NCBI GenBank assembly: GCA_032718475.1
Contig: JAUCBJ010007487.1
Span: 37,272 to 101,271 of the forward strand
Length of the DNA stretch: 64,000 nt
From: Nemertoderma westbladi
Taxonomy: Eukaryota > Animalia > Xenacoelomorpha
Direction: 5' to 3'
The notes below the pieces were generated by a model. It saw nothing but the letters and a program-made list of their open reading frames with translations, ran no database searches and was not told where the DNA came from. Within the stretch, counting starts at the first letter, position 1. Every line of letters begins with the position of its first letter. Shown piece after piece: positions 47,019-61,120 of this stretch. A program made the position numbers and the translations under genes.

Positions 47019-47654
47019 CAGTTATAAATTTATTAACAGTGGCCCTATCAAAATATATAAAATGGCCTTTTAGATTTACTAGTAAAATGTTGCATCCGCT
47101 TGGAAAACAAAAATTGGCAATAATTATAGCCGTTTGGCAATAATTGGCAATTATTAGCTCTACATAATAATTATTTTCATTCATTTTTTAACAAATGGGC
47201 TGGATATAGGGAATTAATCACTTTTGTGAATTGTACAATATTCTATAATACAATAATATAACAACACCCTGTTAATACAATATACACATAATATACTCAG
47301 TGTAAATATACCCCAATATATACCACCCTGCCAATTTACACAATGTACTGTACATATACTGTACATACATGCTAAAAAATTATTGCGCAATTTGGGTAAT
47401 AAAATATTAATAGGGTGTTATATATGTATTATTTATTATAGCACAATTCTCAAAGATAGGTTTAAATTAATTCCCTATTATCCAGCAAAGTAATTAAAAA
47501 ATGAATGAAGATAATTATTATGTAGGCCAATAATTGTTGACACTCTTTATTTTCCAAGCGGATGCAATATATTTACTTCTAAATCTAAAAGGATATTTTA
47601 TATATTTTGATATTTTGATAGGGCCACTGTTAATAAATTTAATGAAATTAACTG
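47019..47654. mobile_element. MITE with long (~250-bp) imperfect inverted arms
   Basis: TAAATTTATTAACAGTGGCCCTATCAAAAT...TGCATCCGCTTGGAAAA...GGGAATTAAT is mirrored at about 47466-47641; CAGTTA/TAACTG ends. Confidence 0.75.
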
Positions 47655-48773
47655 TACAATAAGAACTCAAACTATCGAGGGTGTATTTTCCATGGAAGGG
47701 CATTTAAAATATTTGTTTTATGTTTTAGGGCCATTTCATATCTCTGTATTTCTAATTCAGGGCATATTATAAGAAAATTTTGATATCGCTCATCACTTGG
47801 GATTTAGGTGGATATTATTTATTTTATAATAAATTAAATTAAATTAAATTAATTTTTGTGGTACTAAATATCGTCTTGTGTGTTTAATGACACCCAGACG
47901 GGCAGCTTTGCGACAGTTGGACAACACTGAAAACCATTGGGTGTCATGGCGCCATTTGGTCTACATAATTAGGACAATCAATTAAACCCTAATGTGGAGT
48001 CATAAGACACCTATTAGGGTTTAATTGTACTAATTAATTGATGACACCTGTCATTTACGGTCTAATTAGCCTAATTAGAAGGAGTCAGCCAGACAGTCTG
48101 GCGACAATGACACCCATAGAGTGATAGTGAAGGGGTGTCAGTGGGGTCCAGCTGTCACAAAGATGCCCAAACTCCTACTACTAGCGAGACAGGAGGGGGG
48201 GGTGGGGGGGGGGGGGGGGGGGGGGGGTGGTGGGTGGTGGTGGTGGTGGGAAACTGGACTCAAATCCCATCATGGCGAATTAATATCCCACCTCAATGTT
48301 AAATTCTAAATTTAGGGAAAAGAGCAGGTTACAGTGGAACGTTATGTTAACCAAAATAATAAACTAAACACAATAGAACAGGTTACAGTTTTATTTTGAG
48401 AGTAATCAGTTGTTATTTCCGTCGAATTTCCCCTGGAAAGGGATGCATTTTCATTGCGTCCAGTTTCACAGCACAAAAACACAAAACTGCTGACTCACAG
48501 CAAAATATTATAGATAGTCAAAACATTAAATCACTTGATACATAACATTTTGCAAACTTGGTTTATGTGTCCGCAGCTTTTATAAAGAGCTAAAAATGAA
48601 GGGCCATGCCGCGGCCCTTAACCGTGGCAAACCTACAGTAGGATATGGACATAGAGAATGTTGGCAAGTTCAATATCACTCACAGCCGGGGTCGGGTACG
48701 TTACTGAAACTCTAAGTAATAAAGTCGGTAAGGAGAATGTGGATGAGCTTATATAATGTTAATTATTACTTAC

Positions 48774-49033
48774 TGCCTGTTGGCCTTCCATTGCTTCTAT
48801 CCATTCTCTCCGGTCTTGGTAACTCAGTGCCTGAATTGTTACAGGCGGGGGTCCAGTGGTGCTACCGGTTATTTCGAAACAGAACCGTCTATCACAGTCT
48901 GTTGTTGGCATTTTTCCAATACACGAGATTACCGCCAGCTTCTGTCTCTCTGCCTTTTCAAACGGTTTGTCAATCGTAAACACTTTTGTTTTCTTATGAT
49001 ATGTACAGTACACTTTCACCCATTCTGAAGATG
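48774..49033 (-). CDS. Exon of BAR-PH-RhoGAP gene (PH domain)
   Basis: tatag acceptor, gtaagt donor. EWVKVYCTY...DRRFCFEI...TIQALSYQDRREWIEAMEG closely resembles the GRAF/oligophrenin PH domain. Confidence 0.9.
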
Positions 49034-50410
49034 CTATAATAAAGATAATCCATAACTAAAGGTACATGTAGCACTGTGGTTAACATATTACTATAATTCA
49101 CAATAAAATTGTGTTTAACAAACTCACATTCTCACATGTCATTGACTACATATCTAGCGGTATTAATTGATGAAATTGGTTCGATTATATCTCTCTAATA
49201 TTGTTTATTTTAATCGTCATATAACACTTTATTTGTGTGACACTTTTTAACCAAAATTATGTTCAGTTCAGATACACAGTTTGTCACTAATAATATAAAT
49301 TGAACGAAATCTATTAGAATCGGAAATGAAATCACCAACCATAAAAACCTCCAAGAAATCTCGATTTATTATATTAGACCCTTGAGGGTCGGTGGGGATG
49401 GACGTACAGATGGATGGATGGATGGGCCTACAGCTGAAGGATATGTACCAATTTAATTCGATTTTCCGCCCGTTCCTGATTATATTCTACATTTCAACTT
49501 TAAGTTAACTTGTAAAAAACTTGTAAAAATGCTGTGATGGAGGTCTTGACAGATATATATAGATTGTTTAGATATCTAAGTTCAGATGCGAACTCTATCC
49601 CGCCGTTCCGCCCATGTGAAAAATACAAGGATTTCACTTTTCGGTCGACATTTTTAGTGGAATTTTATATATGAAGATTTTTTATTTTTATAAATTTATC
49701 TTTATTAAGTGTTTTATATCGCTTATTTCTGTCTCATAAACTGTACAGATACTAAATCGTTTATTGTTTTGGTTAAATTTAGCCCTTCTGTAACCTGTGG
49801 TTTTGGTGAAAACCTGGTATTCTTCACATGGGGGTAACTGCAATGTGAAATATAACGGCGGAAAGTCTGATATTCTTCAAAAGGGGCCCGCGGATCTCCC
49901 GGTTTATATGGCTTCCGACATCAGGACTATCAAATTCTGCCCCTAATGTTTCAATTCTGCCCCCTTGTCCCATGAATTCGATGTGGCAGACCTACTGTAA
50001 TAACTGAGACAATATAGATTTTTCTATAACTAAGGTCACAATAAATAATTATTACTTATATGTAAATCTAATACTTTTTCACTCGTCCCCATTGAATTCT
50101 TCGTTTTGCTCGTCCTGTTTTGTCTTAAAATATTTGAAATATATTAGCCTGAATTCATTATTTATGAAATTATAAATATATCTGGTTTCAGGCATTGGTT
50201 AGAAGTTTCTGTAATCATTTGAATACATGAATTTGATTACAACATGAATTGTTGCTATACTAAATTGACATGTTGCTATGCAAAACAGAAAATTACATTA
50301 ACAAAAACATCACAAAATGACGTCACTTTTACGGGTTATGATGTAGGGCCTAATGTATATTAGATGATCTATATTTAATACAATTATCACTATAACTTTT
50401 ATTAACTTAC

Positions 50411-50648
50411 ATTGCTTGTCAACATAATAAAGGTAACCCTCGTGCAATGGTTTCAACTTTAATTTACTTCCCTCTCTAGCTAATACCCTGGCAATTAACT
50501 GTATTTCTCCATCTTTAGTGATATGGTATTTGTCTCTGGACGCCTTAATTTTATTCTGAAGATCTTCGATTAATTGATTCCGTTTGTCAATAACTTTTAA
50601 GGCGTCTATGTAGACGGATTGCCACCTCAGTATAATCCGGTTGATGAT
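50411..50648 (-). CDS. Exon of BAR-PH-RhoGAP gene (BAR C-terminus to PH start)
   Basis: Open 238-nt exon IINRIILRWQ...LIEDLQNKIKASRDKY...HEGYLYYVDKQ with ag/gtaagt borders; phase 0 in, phase 1 out. Confidence 0.85.
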
Positions 50649-51989
50649 CTATTGAGAAATATTGTAGGTTATGATAAAATATTGCAGGATTGACTTAATA
50701 TTGTGGGTTCGGTCGATTTAAGATGATGCACCTGTACCTTATTGGTTTCAACTACACCCCAATTACGAAAAACAATAATTGCTTCGGCAATTGGCAACTT
50801 ATTTTTTTTTCATAAATATAATTTTTCAGATTGCCCGTATAGCTATCATTTCATGGGCACTGATCAATAATATCAATATTATTTTGTACTTATTAATTTC
50901 GCAATTTCAACAGTTAACCTTGGGCGAATCCTACGAAATTCTTTGAGGAATGAATAATACAGTATAAGAAGCGGATACCACCTTATTTACTTGACTTTTA
51001 GAGGTTAAATTTATATCAAATTCAACTCGAAGATTTCGTTGATGTAAAAAATGATGAATAACATCAGTACGAACTATAATATTTATATCAAAGAGTTGGT
51101 TTAACCTGGTTCTAGAACCTGCGCAGTAGTTTCATCTTTGAAGTATTTATCTCAAGTTTATTTACCTTCATCCAGCTCATGATGTGTTCCAGGCCACATC
51201 AAGTATCGGGCCTGCTATTTCTATTGAATTCAAATTATGGGATTAACTTGAAGTTTTACTACCGCGTTAAGGCTTTTGTAGGTTTACAGTAGTTACTTAT
51301 CATCGATTAATGTCTATCAACTATGGAACTACTGTACATGCACAATGTATATGTATATGTATATGTAGTAGGTAGGCCTATTTTGTAAATATTCTTCAAT
51401 TTATATGTAACTACTGTAATAGTGTTAATCCTAATGATGGGCCAATTTGTGAAGACTTATTCGATGATACGTAACTAAACCTACAATTTTATGCAGGAAA
51501 ACTCCAGCGTTAAACCAATAATCTGAATTTAATAATGGCTGCCCGTAAAGTCGGCATGTCGCAGACTGAATGCTACTTCTATTGTGTTTATGCTTGTGTG
51601 TCGTCCGAAACAATTATTAGAAAAATTCTTAGATGAGATTCAATTTGCCAGTGGCGAGGATTAGTAGTATTAATAACAAATGAAACCCTGAGTAACACCC
51701 CATAGTATATGCACATTCTCTTAGAATAATATTTACATTTTTATAAATACTTTGTAAGAACAATCACTTAGATAGGATTTGATCTCACTCCACGAATACA
51801 ACAAACAAAATCTAAGAGGTGTCGAAGGATAGCAATGGCCATTGTATCCAATTCTCCCGGCACCACTTATCCTTTGCCATTAAGAAGATACTGTATTTAT
51901 CTTTATGTCGCCGCATTTGATTGTCTTCCACCTTCTCTATAATCTATTAATGCAATGTTTCCTAGGTTTTCGATTCCTGGTTTTTAAGA

Positions 51990-52500
51990 ACTGCTTCCTG
52001 ACTGAACTTGGTGTGACTCATTCTCTATTTACATATTTACTATGTTGGTTTTGTGTCTAAACATGAAACTTCCTCAGTATATCCATCAGGATCGAGTCAA
52101 GTTCACAATGCTTTTATGGCATTTCTCGAAAAATTTTGGTTAAACTCATTAAACCATTACTGCCAAACAGATTCCTCATATTGGCAATCTTGTCATTAAA
52201 AAATGCAAATTACAGTATTAGCTAACATCTGTTGATAATCTTGTACTGAAAGGTAGAATCTCAACTTTCTATCTGGATATAAGTTCCTTTTATTTCCACC
52301 TCTGACTAGGTCCATTGACTGATCGTTAAGCGATTTTGATGCTTTTCCTCAAATAATCTCCTGTGACAACGTCGTTCCAGCCTCATTTTAGATTTATATA
52401 TCAACCTTAATTCTGTATTTCGATCACTTCGCATTTTTCTTTCAACTTTTAGACATTTTACAATTTTAAGAGAAAAACATTCAGCGGCAAACCACACAAC
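51990..52500 (-). mobile_element. Highly decayed CR1/L2-like LINE ORF2 fragment
   Basis: Remnant motifs LAN...FNDKIANMR and KHCELDSI resemble the pre-RT region of CR1/L2 elements. Confidence 0.4.
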
Positions 52501-52941
52501 TGAAGTTGATGTTTTTTATAATCATAAAATCTGCTGAGGTACTTATTGCCTTTTTACTATAACCTATTGACAACCGCCTACTCTACAACACCACTGATAC
52601 AGGAAGAGGGCCTGGACTACTAAAATAGATAGAGAGAAAAAAAAGATAGATGATTCAATCTGCTGGGATGGCCCAGTCTTTAATTCGGACATTTATATAC
52701 AAACTATAAACCTCTGAATTGCAGACTTACAGCATTGCATTACCGGTTTTGTATAGTATCTATTACTCTAGCCACGTTTATTCTGGTATTGTCCAATGGC
52801 TTTGACGCTTTGTGAGTATTCATATAGGCAAAAGAAGTCACTATATTATTTTCTCATTTAAGTACTGTAGAACCAATTAAATATTAAATGGACCTCAGGT
52901 ATCCGAATTAACCAGAGATAATCAAGAAAGTGCCAACTAAC

Positions 52942-53112
52942 CATGTCAACAAATTCATATTTTCTAGTTTGTTCGGCCTTTTCTAACTGGAATATATACT
53001 TGAAGGAAGATTTGTGGAACTCTTCCCTTTCCACGTCCATTTCCTTGTCAATATCCTCAAATTTCAACGCATCGGTGTTGCTCTCAGTCTTATTGAGGTA
53101 TTCATTCTGACG
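52942..53112 (-). CDS. Exon of BAR-PH-RhoGAP gene (BAR domain)
   Basis: tttcag acceptor, gttagt donor, 57 codons. DKEMDVEREEFHKSSFKYIFQLEKAEQTRKYEFVD resembles the GRAF BAR helix ending K.EFVE. Confidence 0.85.
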
Positions 53113-55849
53113 CTGAAACAAGTACAAAGTTATGTTTATTATTTCCAATAGTTTGAAAAAGCATGAGTAGGGCCTACAAAGTATATGCATCAAATCTGAG
53201 CCATCACATGATCATATATATGATAAGATTGATTGTGTTTCCTGCTGTCACTTTGACAATATTGTGGTACAGCACCTGTCTATGTCATTTTCTTGTCTTT
53301 AGTATCAGGTATAGAGACTCAAATTCAAGTAATGGACTTTTAAGCCCAGTTGACAGATACAACTCGCAGCAACAGCGATTGTGGCTTAACGTTGTCACAT
53401 TTTGAACGCATTTTAACATGTGATCCGCATGGATAGAAACGACTACTCAGAAAGGCAATGTCTAAGGTTTAGCATATTTAACAGATTCAAAACACAGGTT
53501 TTACTTTCAAATATTCGACCCCCTGGCGGCAGACTGCAGAGCTGCAAATTCCCATATGCAATTTTTACAAACCTTTGACAGACTAGACTACCTGTATACC
53601 AAGGTTTGGTTACATTTCATTGTAGATTGATGGAGATATTGATAGATGATAGAGATGATGATGATGATGATTATTCATAGAGATGGATTGATAGGATTAT
53701 TAATTTGATTAATGGCTCCCCTATGATAAGAATCACCGTAATTCATGGCTCACCTTCCATATAATCTACTACAATATCTTATACTTCATTACTGCACTGT
53801 ATCATAAACCATGTCACGCACCCATGTGGTATAATGTACGTCCATTGATTTTTCTACTCACTATTGCCTACATTCTGATTTTTAATTTAATTTAATTCGG
53901 TCTTAGCCGACAATATAAAAGAGAATTGCACAGTAAATGTTATAACGTTTGGCAAATTAAGTAAAAACGATAATTAGGACAATTAACGTGGTTAAAAAAG
54001 AGACAAAATTCAAAATATCATATATCGAATGTCTCATTAAAATCTTCATAGCGGTAGTTATATACGGTTCACTAGATCAAGTATTGCCGGATACATGTTT
54101 ATGTCGAAAGATAATGCCCTGTTGTCATAGCAATATTAAAATAAACATAAATAACCAAAGTAAGATTATACAAACTAAAACGTGCATGTCTTCAAAATGG
54201 GCCATTTAAGGGTCATAAATTATTCCCTATTATACATGCAAAATTATTAAATAGCTGTAGGAAGGCACATTGTATGTGTTGTTAACTTGTATTTACGGGA
54301 AGAAGAGATAGAAATAAAATTGAAGTATAGAATAGGGAATAAAACTGAAGTGAGCGGTGGACATGGACTGGCTGGACAATGGACATATTATTACCGGAAG
54401 GGAAGTGTAACTAAATGTTAAAGTAGTCTAGCAAGCGTTGGTGTCATGCATCAAAAGGACTCCGTTCGGTGTGAGACAGTATCTAATGAATGTTATGTCA
54501 GAAGTTTGTTCAAACGTTAGAACCGGCATATTAATTCTATTAAAAATATTCGTGTAATTATATTTGTAGTTGCATATATGCATATATGCATATATGCGTC
54601 CTTGTTGTAAACAGTGGCGAGCCGTGGTATGATCCTTTACCGAGTTGGGTAGCGACACGTATGGTGTGAGGTAAGGTCGTGTTGGGACACCTGAGGGATC
54701 TCAGCATAGTTCCTAAGCAAGCTTTGTAGGATTCATAAACTAGCGGGCGGGTTGCGAAGAGGTTATAGAGGATATATCATTGGACACGTATATTCCGACA
54801 CGTTCGTGGGGCCTTCGCGCAGCACGAGGCCCAGTTATGAGATACAAATTAATATCGAGCGACTGTATCACAAAATCAGTATTTAACTTTATAAATTAGT
54901 AAAATTTAGAAATTTAACCACACCACCAATCAATCAAAAAAAGAGGGACAGTACGTGTTCAGCCCTTTAAATCTGCACCCCCACCCCACCCCACCCCCCC
55001 CCCCCCCCGCCCCCGACCCTTCCCACCCACCAATACATAACCGCGACATCTACCACCCACGGAAGGTAGCACAAACTTATTTCCAATCGCACGTTCAATA
55101 TGCGAAGCCAGGTGGTTTATAGGAATATAATCTACGCAGTACTAAATACAGTCGATGCAGTAATGAATGATATTCAAATAATTTATTTAATATACTGTTA
55201 ATGCCTCTGAAAACTTAGACAATTATAAAACACAGAAATCCCATCAAAAAATAATAAGCATAATATTTTGAGAAATAAACAATTTTGGATATAAGCCTTC
55301 TGCAGTGGTAATCTTATTGACTGACAATCATTAAATGAGATCTGTCTATTACCTGAGACTAAAGAACACAGACTCTATAGTGTAATAGGAGGTAGGGAAT
55401 GCAGGTTTCAATCTCGTTAGGTCTAGCTGGCAGCCGTGTGGCTAGTTACATACAACCAACCCCCCTCCACTGGCATTCCCAGCAACTGGCTCCCTTACAC
55501 ACACATCCCCCATCTATTTACCAGCCAACTTGCAAGTTGGCCAATAAATGATCAGAATTTAATGAGAATCAATTTTTTATGCCGTTTTAATTACTTTAGA
55601 TCAATTAAAGACACAATTATTAAAGCAAATCACTTGAACTAATTAAAAACTATAATAGAATGGCGTATGTGGATTACATCTGTATAATTTTTAATTATAA
55701 TTATTTAAATCTTATACTGTAAAACAATTAATTTCCTTTAAAAGGCAGGTTGAAAATGGTGTTTTCACCGTAATCAACTTAATTAACTAATTAACTGCTA
55801 TTATCTTAGCTTCTCGAAGGCCACACGGAAATTCTACTTCACGCCCCAC

Positions 55850-56026
55850 ATGCAGGATCCTTCGCAATTGACTCCTATAGTGCCGTTCAACTCGAGTACT
55901 TTCTGACTGGCTGAGTTGACCATAGGATAGTGTGAACTTGGATAGGAGGGACGACATTGCATATGCCCTCCAAAGCAGTGCAACTGTGGAAACTGAGTAA
56001 TACTTGGTTGTCCAACCATTCCTCAT
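55850..56026 (-). mobile_element. RTE-like LINE fragment
   Basis: LWRAYAMSSLL...RVERHYRSQLRRILHV resembles a post-RT RTE motif. Confidence 0.45.
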
Positions 56027-56075
56027 GAACCTACTAGTTAAAGTGGCTATGAATTATGAATTATGTCGTTGGAAG

Positions 56076-57345
56076 GGATCTAGGACACTTCCCCCCCGGA
56101 CACTTCCCCCCCGGACACTTCCCCCCCGCCCAAGTAGGACACTTCCCCCCCGGACACTTCCCCCCCGGACACTTGCCCCCCGGACACTTCCCCCCCAGTT
56201 AAAGTGTTAAAATTAATCTGGGTGCATCAAAGCAATAAACAAAAGTTAAAGATGGTTACAGGACAAGTTGTATCTAGACAAGTTTTTTCAAAATTATAAA
56301 AGAAACATTTTTATAGTCAAATTTTGTTTGTTTTTCTTTTAATTCCTTTAATTCTTTTAATTTCTTTTAATTGGGGGCTGCCGCCCCCAAACCCCCGCTT
56401 CTTTTGTTGGGGGCTACCGCCCCCAAACCCCCGCTTCTTTTCTTGGGGGCTGCCGCCCCCAAACCCCCGCTTCTTTTCTTGGGGGCTGCCGCCCCCAAAC
56501 CCCCGCTTCTTTTCTTGGAGGTTATCGCCCCCAGACCCCGGCATTTCCCTGAGTGCCCGTGGTGAAAGACTTAAGACCATTTTGAAATAATTAATTCATG
56601 TTTGTATCATCAGATAATAAATTGACTAAGCCTAAAGTAGGAGCTGTATTGAATGTTAACCAATTTAATATATAAATTACTACAATATTATATAATTCAA
56701 CAAAATCCTATTAAAAATATTGCAAGTAACCAGGAAATTTAATATGTAGTGTGTATAATATCTATATAGTATGTATAGTAGTAATATGTATATCAATATG
56801 TAATGCTGAACACAGAATACAGGTCGACGCATGTCGATTTTACCCTGGAGAGGTATAATTTTGATTGCAACAATAATATTCATCCCCATCTGCTACAATT
56901 TGAAGAAGACTATTACATAATAATACCTATAATTAAAACAATTAATTATTATAATTCTATAGTTAATAAAAACAGTATATCATTCCGGGGATGGAATTTA
57001 TAGGTCATCTAATATAATTAATTGTTTAAAGATTAGCAAACAATACGATGTAATTGCATTGATAAAACCCATAAATAAAACTTGGATATAAAATGTAAAA
57101 TCGGGATGCAAAAGATCACTTTCTGAGCTACGAAAGGAAAATTGGATACAACTTATCTGGATACAAGCGGTCCGTTTACCTTACAAAATGAAAAATAAGA
57201 ATCTGCGAAGTTAAGAACAGTCGGGGGGGAAGTGTCCGCGGGGGGGAAGTGTCTGGGGGGGAAGTGTCCGGGGGGGAAGTGTCCTACTTGAGCGGGGGGG
57301 AACTGTCCGGGGGGGAAGTGTCCGGGGGGGAAGTGTCCGAACACC
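56076..57345. mobile_element. Non-autonomous DNA transposon with tandem-repeat (foldback-type) TIRs, MULE/Phantom-like
   Basis: (GGACACTTCCCCCCC)n at the left end, inverted at the right end; exact flanking duplication (C)GTTGGAAG (8-9 bp); internal 36-bp repeat at 56372-56540. Confidence 0.85.
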
Positions 57346-58559
57346 GTTGGAAGTGTTGTTAAGTGCACTGATAGAAACCCCGAGAAAGGTTATGTTGAGA
57401 GACAATCTATGTAGTCGATTGTTGATATTTAACATCATGATAGGGTAATTATTTCTATACATTATTACACGATTGAATATTATTTTATATATCCGTTGCC
57501 TAATATTGCATTCCCCTTATCATCCTTTATTGAATTTCACCCAATTCCATTCTGAGCTAGAAACATTGCAAAATACATTGACACAGATCTCCTGCCATCG
57601 GTGAAAGATAGTAAACCCGGCCATCAAGTTTCCCACAATGGGCAACTAACTATACCTTGGTATGCTGCCTGTTATCTCTTCTACCTGCCGTTTCAAAATT
57701 GCCAAAGATGAAGAAGCAGAGGATTTCCCTCTGCAAAGAGTGGCTGATGGGTTAGATCAACTGTGATCTCTATGACAATTTGTATTTATCTCTGCCATTG
57801 TTGGGCACTTCAATGTCTGAATGTCTCTTTATCATTTTTCTCATTTCGCGTTTACTTTGGTGCTCATGCCCATGCTCACATGTCAACCAAAATTAAAGAT
57901 GATGGAAACATTTCGTTCTTGCTAATAATGAATTACTTTCATCTGGCACCCAGTTTAGGAAGAATCTCGGTTTAATTTTTTCTGGTGTCTGTACGAAGCG
58001 GCTCGGTATATATATTCCCAAACGGCTCAGTGTTGGTGAAATAACCGGACATGATTATTTCAGTTGGCATTCGGGCAAGCTGGAACCGCTACCTGGCTGC
58101 TACTTAGCGATAACACTTAGACTATGTTTGATCCTAATGTCTAGTGGTCTGGTGTTTACAGTGTATTTTACTACTGGAATTTTACAAAGTCGTTAACTGC
58201 TATCCTTTAAATGTCTGTAAAAGGAACGTGTAAGGGACGTTACATTGGCAAGATCGTCTAACCAAAACAATAAACGTTAGGCCATCATTTTTAATTGATG
58301 GAAATTAGCAGGTTTCAGAGAGAGGCTTTTCAAACCAAAACAATAAACACACGGGCCATCTTTGCCAATTGAGGGAAATGAGTAGGTTACAGAAGCAGGC
58401 TTTTCTAACCAAATGGAAAAGATATCTCAGGTAATATCTCAGCGAGATATCATAGGTCTTCCAGATCCTGGAGAGATTGCGGATGGCATACCGATACCAG
58501 GTTTCCCTTTGATTATTCGGAGATCTTAACCAGACCTACGAACCCTTGATCCAAGGTAG

Positions 58560-58850
58560 CAGAATTCATTCATCCACATGACTTACCATTGAATGTTATC
58601 ATGATCGATTTCTGATCATATTATATTCATATGATATTCATATGATATTCCACCACAATAGTGAAGAGGGAAGAGAATCCCGGAGAACCTTTAACGGCTC
58701 TGTGTCTCTAACAGTAGTGGTGGATACAAAGGTCGTGTAATCGTGATGAACTGATCTGATTGCATTAAGGATCTCACCTGGAATTCCATTTGCCTGAGAA
58801 ATTTGGTACATGCGTGGGCGTGACACAGAATAGAAGGCCACAAATATGAC
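58560..58850 (-). mobile_element. Decayed RTE-like reverse transcriptase fragment
   Basis: AFYSVSRPRMYQI...GIPGEILNAIRSVH resembles the AFDSV.R...YGIP..I..AI segment of LINE RTs. Confidence 0.6.
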
Positions 58851-59017
58851 GGCAAAGTGTCTGTCTTTCTTTTGAAGATGAATTGGAGTTGAGCTGTTAA
58901 TGCAACTGTAATTAAAGGTGTAATATTATGGTTTTGTTCAGAAATGGAAATAATGAGAAAGCCCTGGTTCAACCCCCTGTGACGCGTTTTCTTATTTTTT
59001 CCTTTTCTGAACAAAAC

Positions 59018-60266
59018 TGTAAAAGCCTTTGCTGAATTGCCCCGTTATTTTTATTATCTTTTACATTAAAATACTCTGTAGTTGATTTAATAAGTGTAAG
59101 AGACCGTATTATTGCTGTATCGGTGTTTTTAGAGGATCTAAGACCTATTTCCTCCGTATGTGTACTGTGAAAGGCATATTTTATGATTCTATGGCAATTC
59201 GTGACGCAAAAGGGTGATAGCTACTCTTGAACAGTAGTTACTATGACTACGGTTAACAGCTGACATTCATACGTGTTGATTTCCTTTGTTCTACGGTGTC
59301 TCTCAGTTCAGTCAGCCAATGAGAGCGTTTTTGTGGCTCCTTGTACAGAAAATTTCCGAGAAATGACGCAATGCCTATGTGCAGTGTTTACATTCAGTCC
59401 TGAGCCAAAGAAAGAACGGCTTGGAAGTATTTTGTGCTTTACTGTTTTTTAGTCGTACACTAGTAGGTTTAATTATAAAGGGCATATATCCTTTAACATA
59501 CCTAACGACTACCTGACTCATGGAATCACTGCTAACTGATCATACATACTGACTGCTGAAACATTGCAAACTCATAACAATCAGAGTTCAGTTGTTGTTT
59601 TATACTGCTATTTACTGTCAGTTCTTCATAATATGGTTGATGAATTATTATATTGGAATAACGAGAAATAACTCCGAAACCCAATATTCTTGATATACCG
59701 AAGGTAAGAGAGAAAGGTTACAGATAAACGATTGTGACTTATGTTAAAGTGGTTTGAAGTGAATCTAATGTTATTTGATAGACCCTACATGAGTCAGTCT
59801 GTGTTCCTTTTATATGTGACTAAAATCAGTGAAGATCGGCAGATTAGTGTGCAGTATTGTGCAGCATTGTGTATGAGTGAGTCTGTTAAAGAAGCATTCC
59901 TAAAGAATGCGCCATATATGTGAATTATAATTGAGCCATATCGTTGTGAGTAGTTTAAGTCATAACTCTGTTTATGTAGATAAAGCGCCACGTCCTAAAG
60001 GAAATGTTAATATTACCGAAGGTGAATAATATTGTCAGAGATTATATAATACTGTCAGTCGAATAATACATTAGGCTTACATAGCAATAAAATTAAACCG
60101 TCGAACCCAATCTCCCGGGAATATCCAGCGGGTGAATGGTCGCGCACGGATTGGTTTCGACTAGTGTAGTGAATCAAATACTTGTCATAGGCTAAAAAGC
60201 GATTTAATATCTAGAAGACATCTTAATTTGGCGGGTTAAACTGCCAAAGGTCTGAAAGCGCGAACA
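59018..60266 (+). repeat. 5' LTR of BEL element 2
   Basis: TGTAAAAGCCTTTG...GCGCGAACA. Confidence 0.92.
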
Positions 60267-60540
60267 TTAAAGGATATAGCTTCTTTATTGCAGTAAGCAA
60301 TAAAGTCGAAAGTATCGGTCGACCGGTAACCAGTAGGCCTGACTGCCTGATCATCCGGACCGGTACTTACTTCCGTATAAGTACAGCAGTATTATTCGAT
60401 TTGATTATATATGCCGGTAGGTCTTAATAATTAATCGGGGACGCCTGGTTTTTATTGGGATTTTACTTAGGCCTATTTCTGTCAGTTTTATTTGTTTGTA
60501 GGCCAGTATTGAACAGAAGGCGTGTAAACCTGATCAGATT

Positions 60541-61120
60541 GTACAGACAATTTGTAGGCTGAGCTGTTGTCTGATTGCTGTTAAGTCCGAACGAATTGCA
60601 GTGTGTGTAGAGCACTTGTCCGATTAAGTACGGTTAGGAAGTAGGGGCAGCAACGCTGTAAGGTAAACCCCCAACTAAAGAATAAGTCGCACTACTGGGT
60701 TAGAGCGCATACTCCCTAATCATTTCGGAGTCTGCATGTCCTGTAGTTTATTTAGGCTTGAGAGTAGTCTGCCATCGTTTAGTCTGTACTCTGTTTGTGT
60801 AAGTCTGTACGGGTAGCGTATAATTTTATTTAGATAATTTGTAGGCTGGATAGTTGTCTGGCTGTTATTAGGTCTGAACGGATTGCTGCGTGTGTAGATC
60901 ATCTGTCCGATTAAGTACGATTAGGCAGTAGGGGCAGCGAAGCTGTAAGGTAAACCCCCAACTAAAGAATAAGTCGCACTACTGGGTTAGAGCGCATACT
61001 CCCTAATCATTTCGGAGTCTGCATATAACGTAGTTTGTTTAGGCTTGATAGTAGTCTGTCAGTGTTCGGTCTGTATTTTGTTTGAGTAGTTTGTACGCGT
61101 AGCGTAATATTTATTATTCA
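60541..61120 (+). ncRNA. Tandem structured leader elements of element 2
   Basis: ATTTGTAGG at 60550 and 60837; homologous to 5773-6350. Confidence 0.7.
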
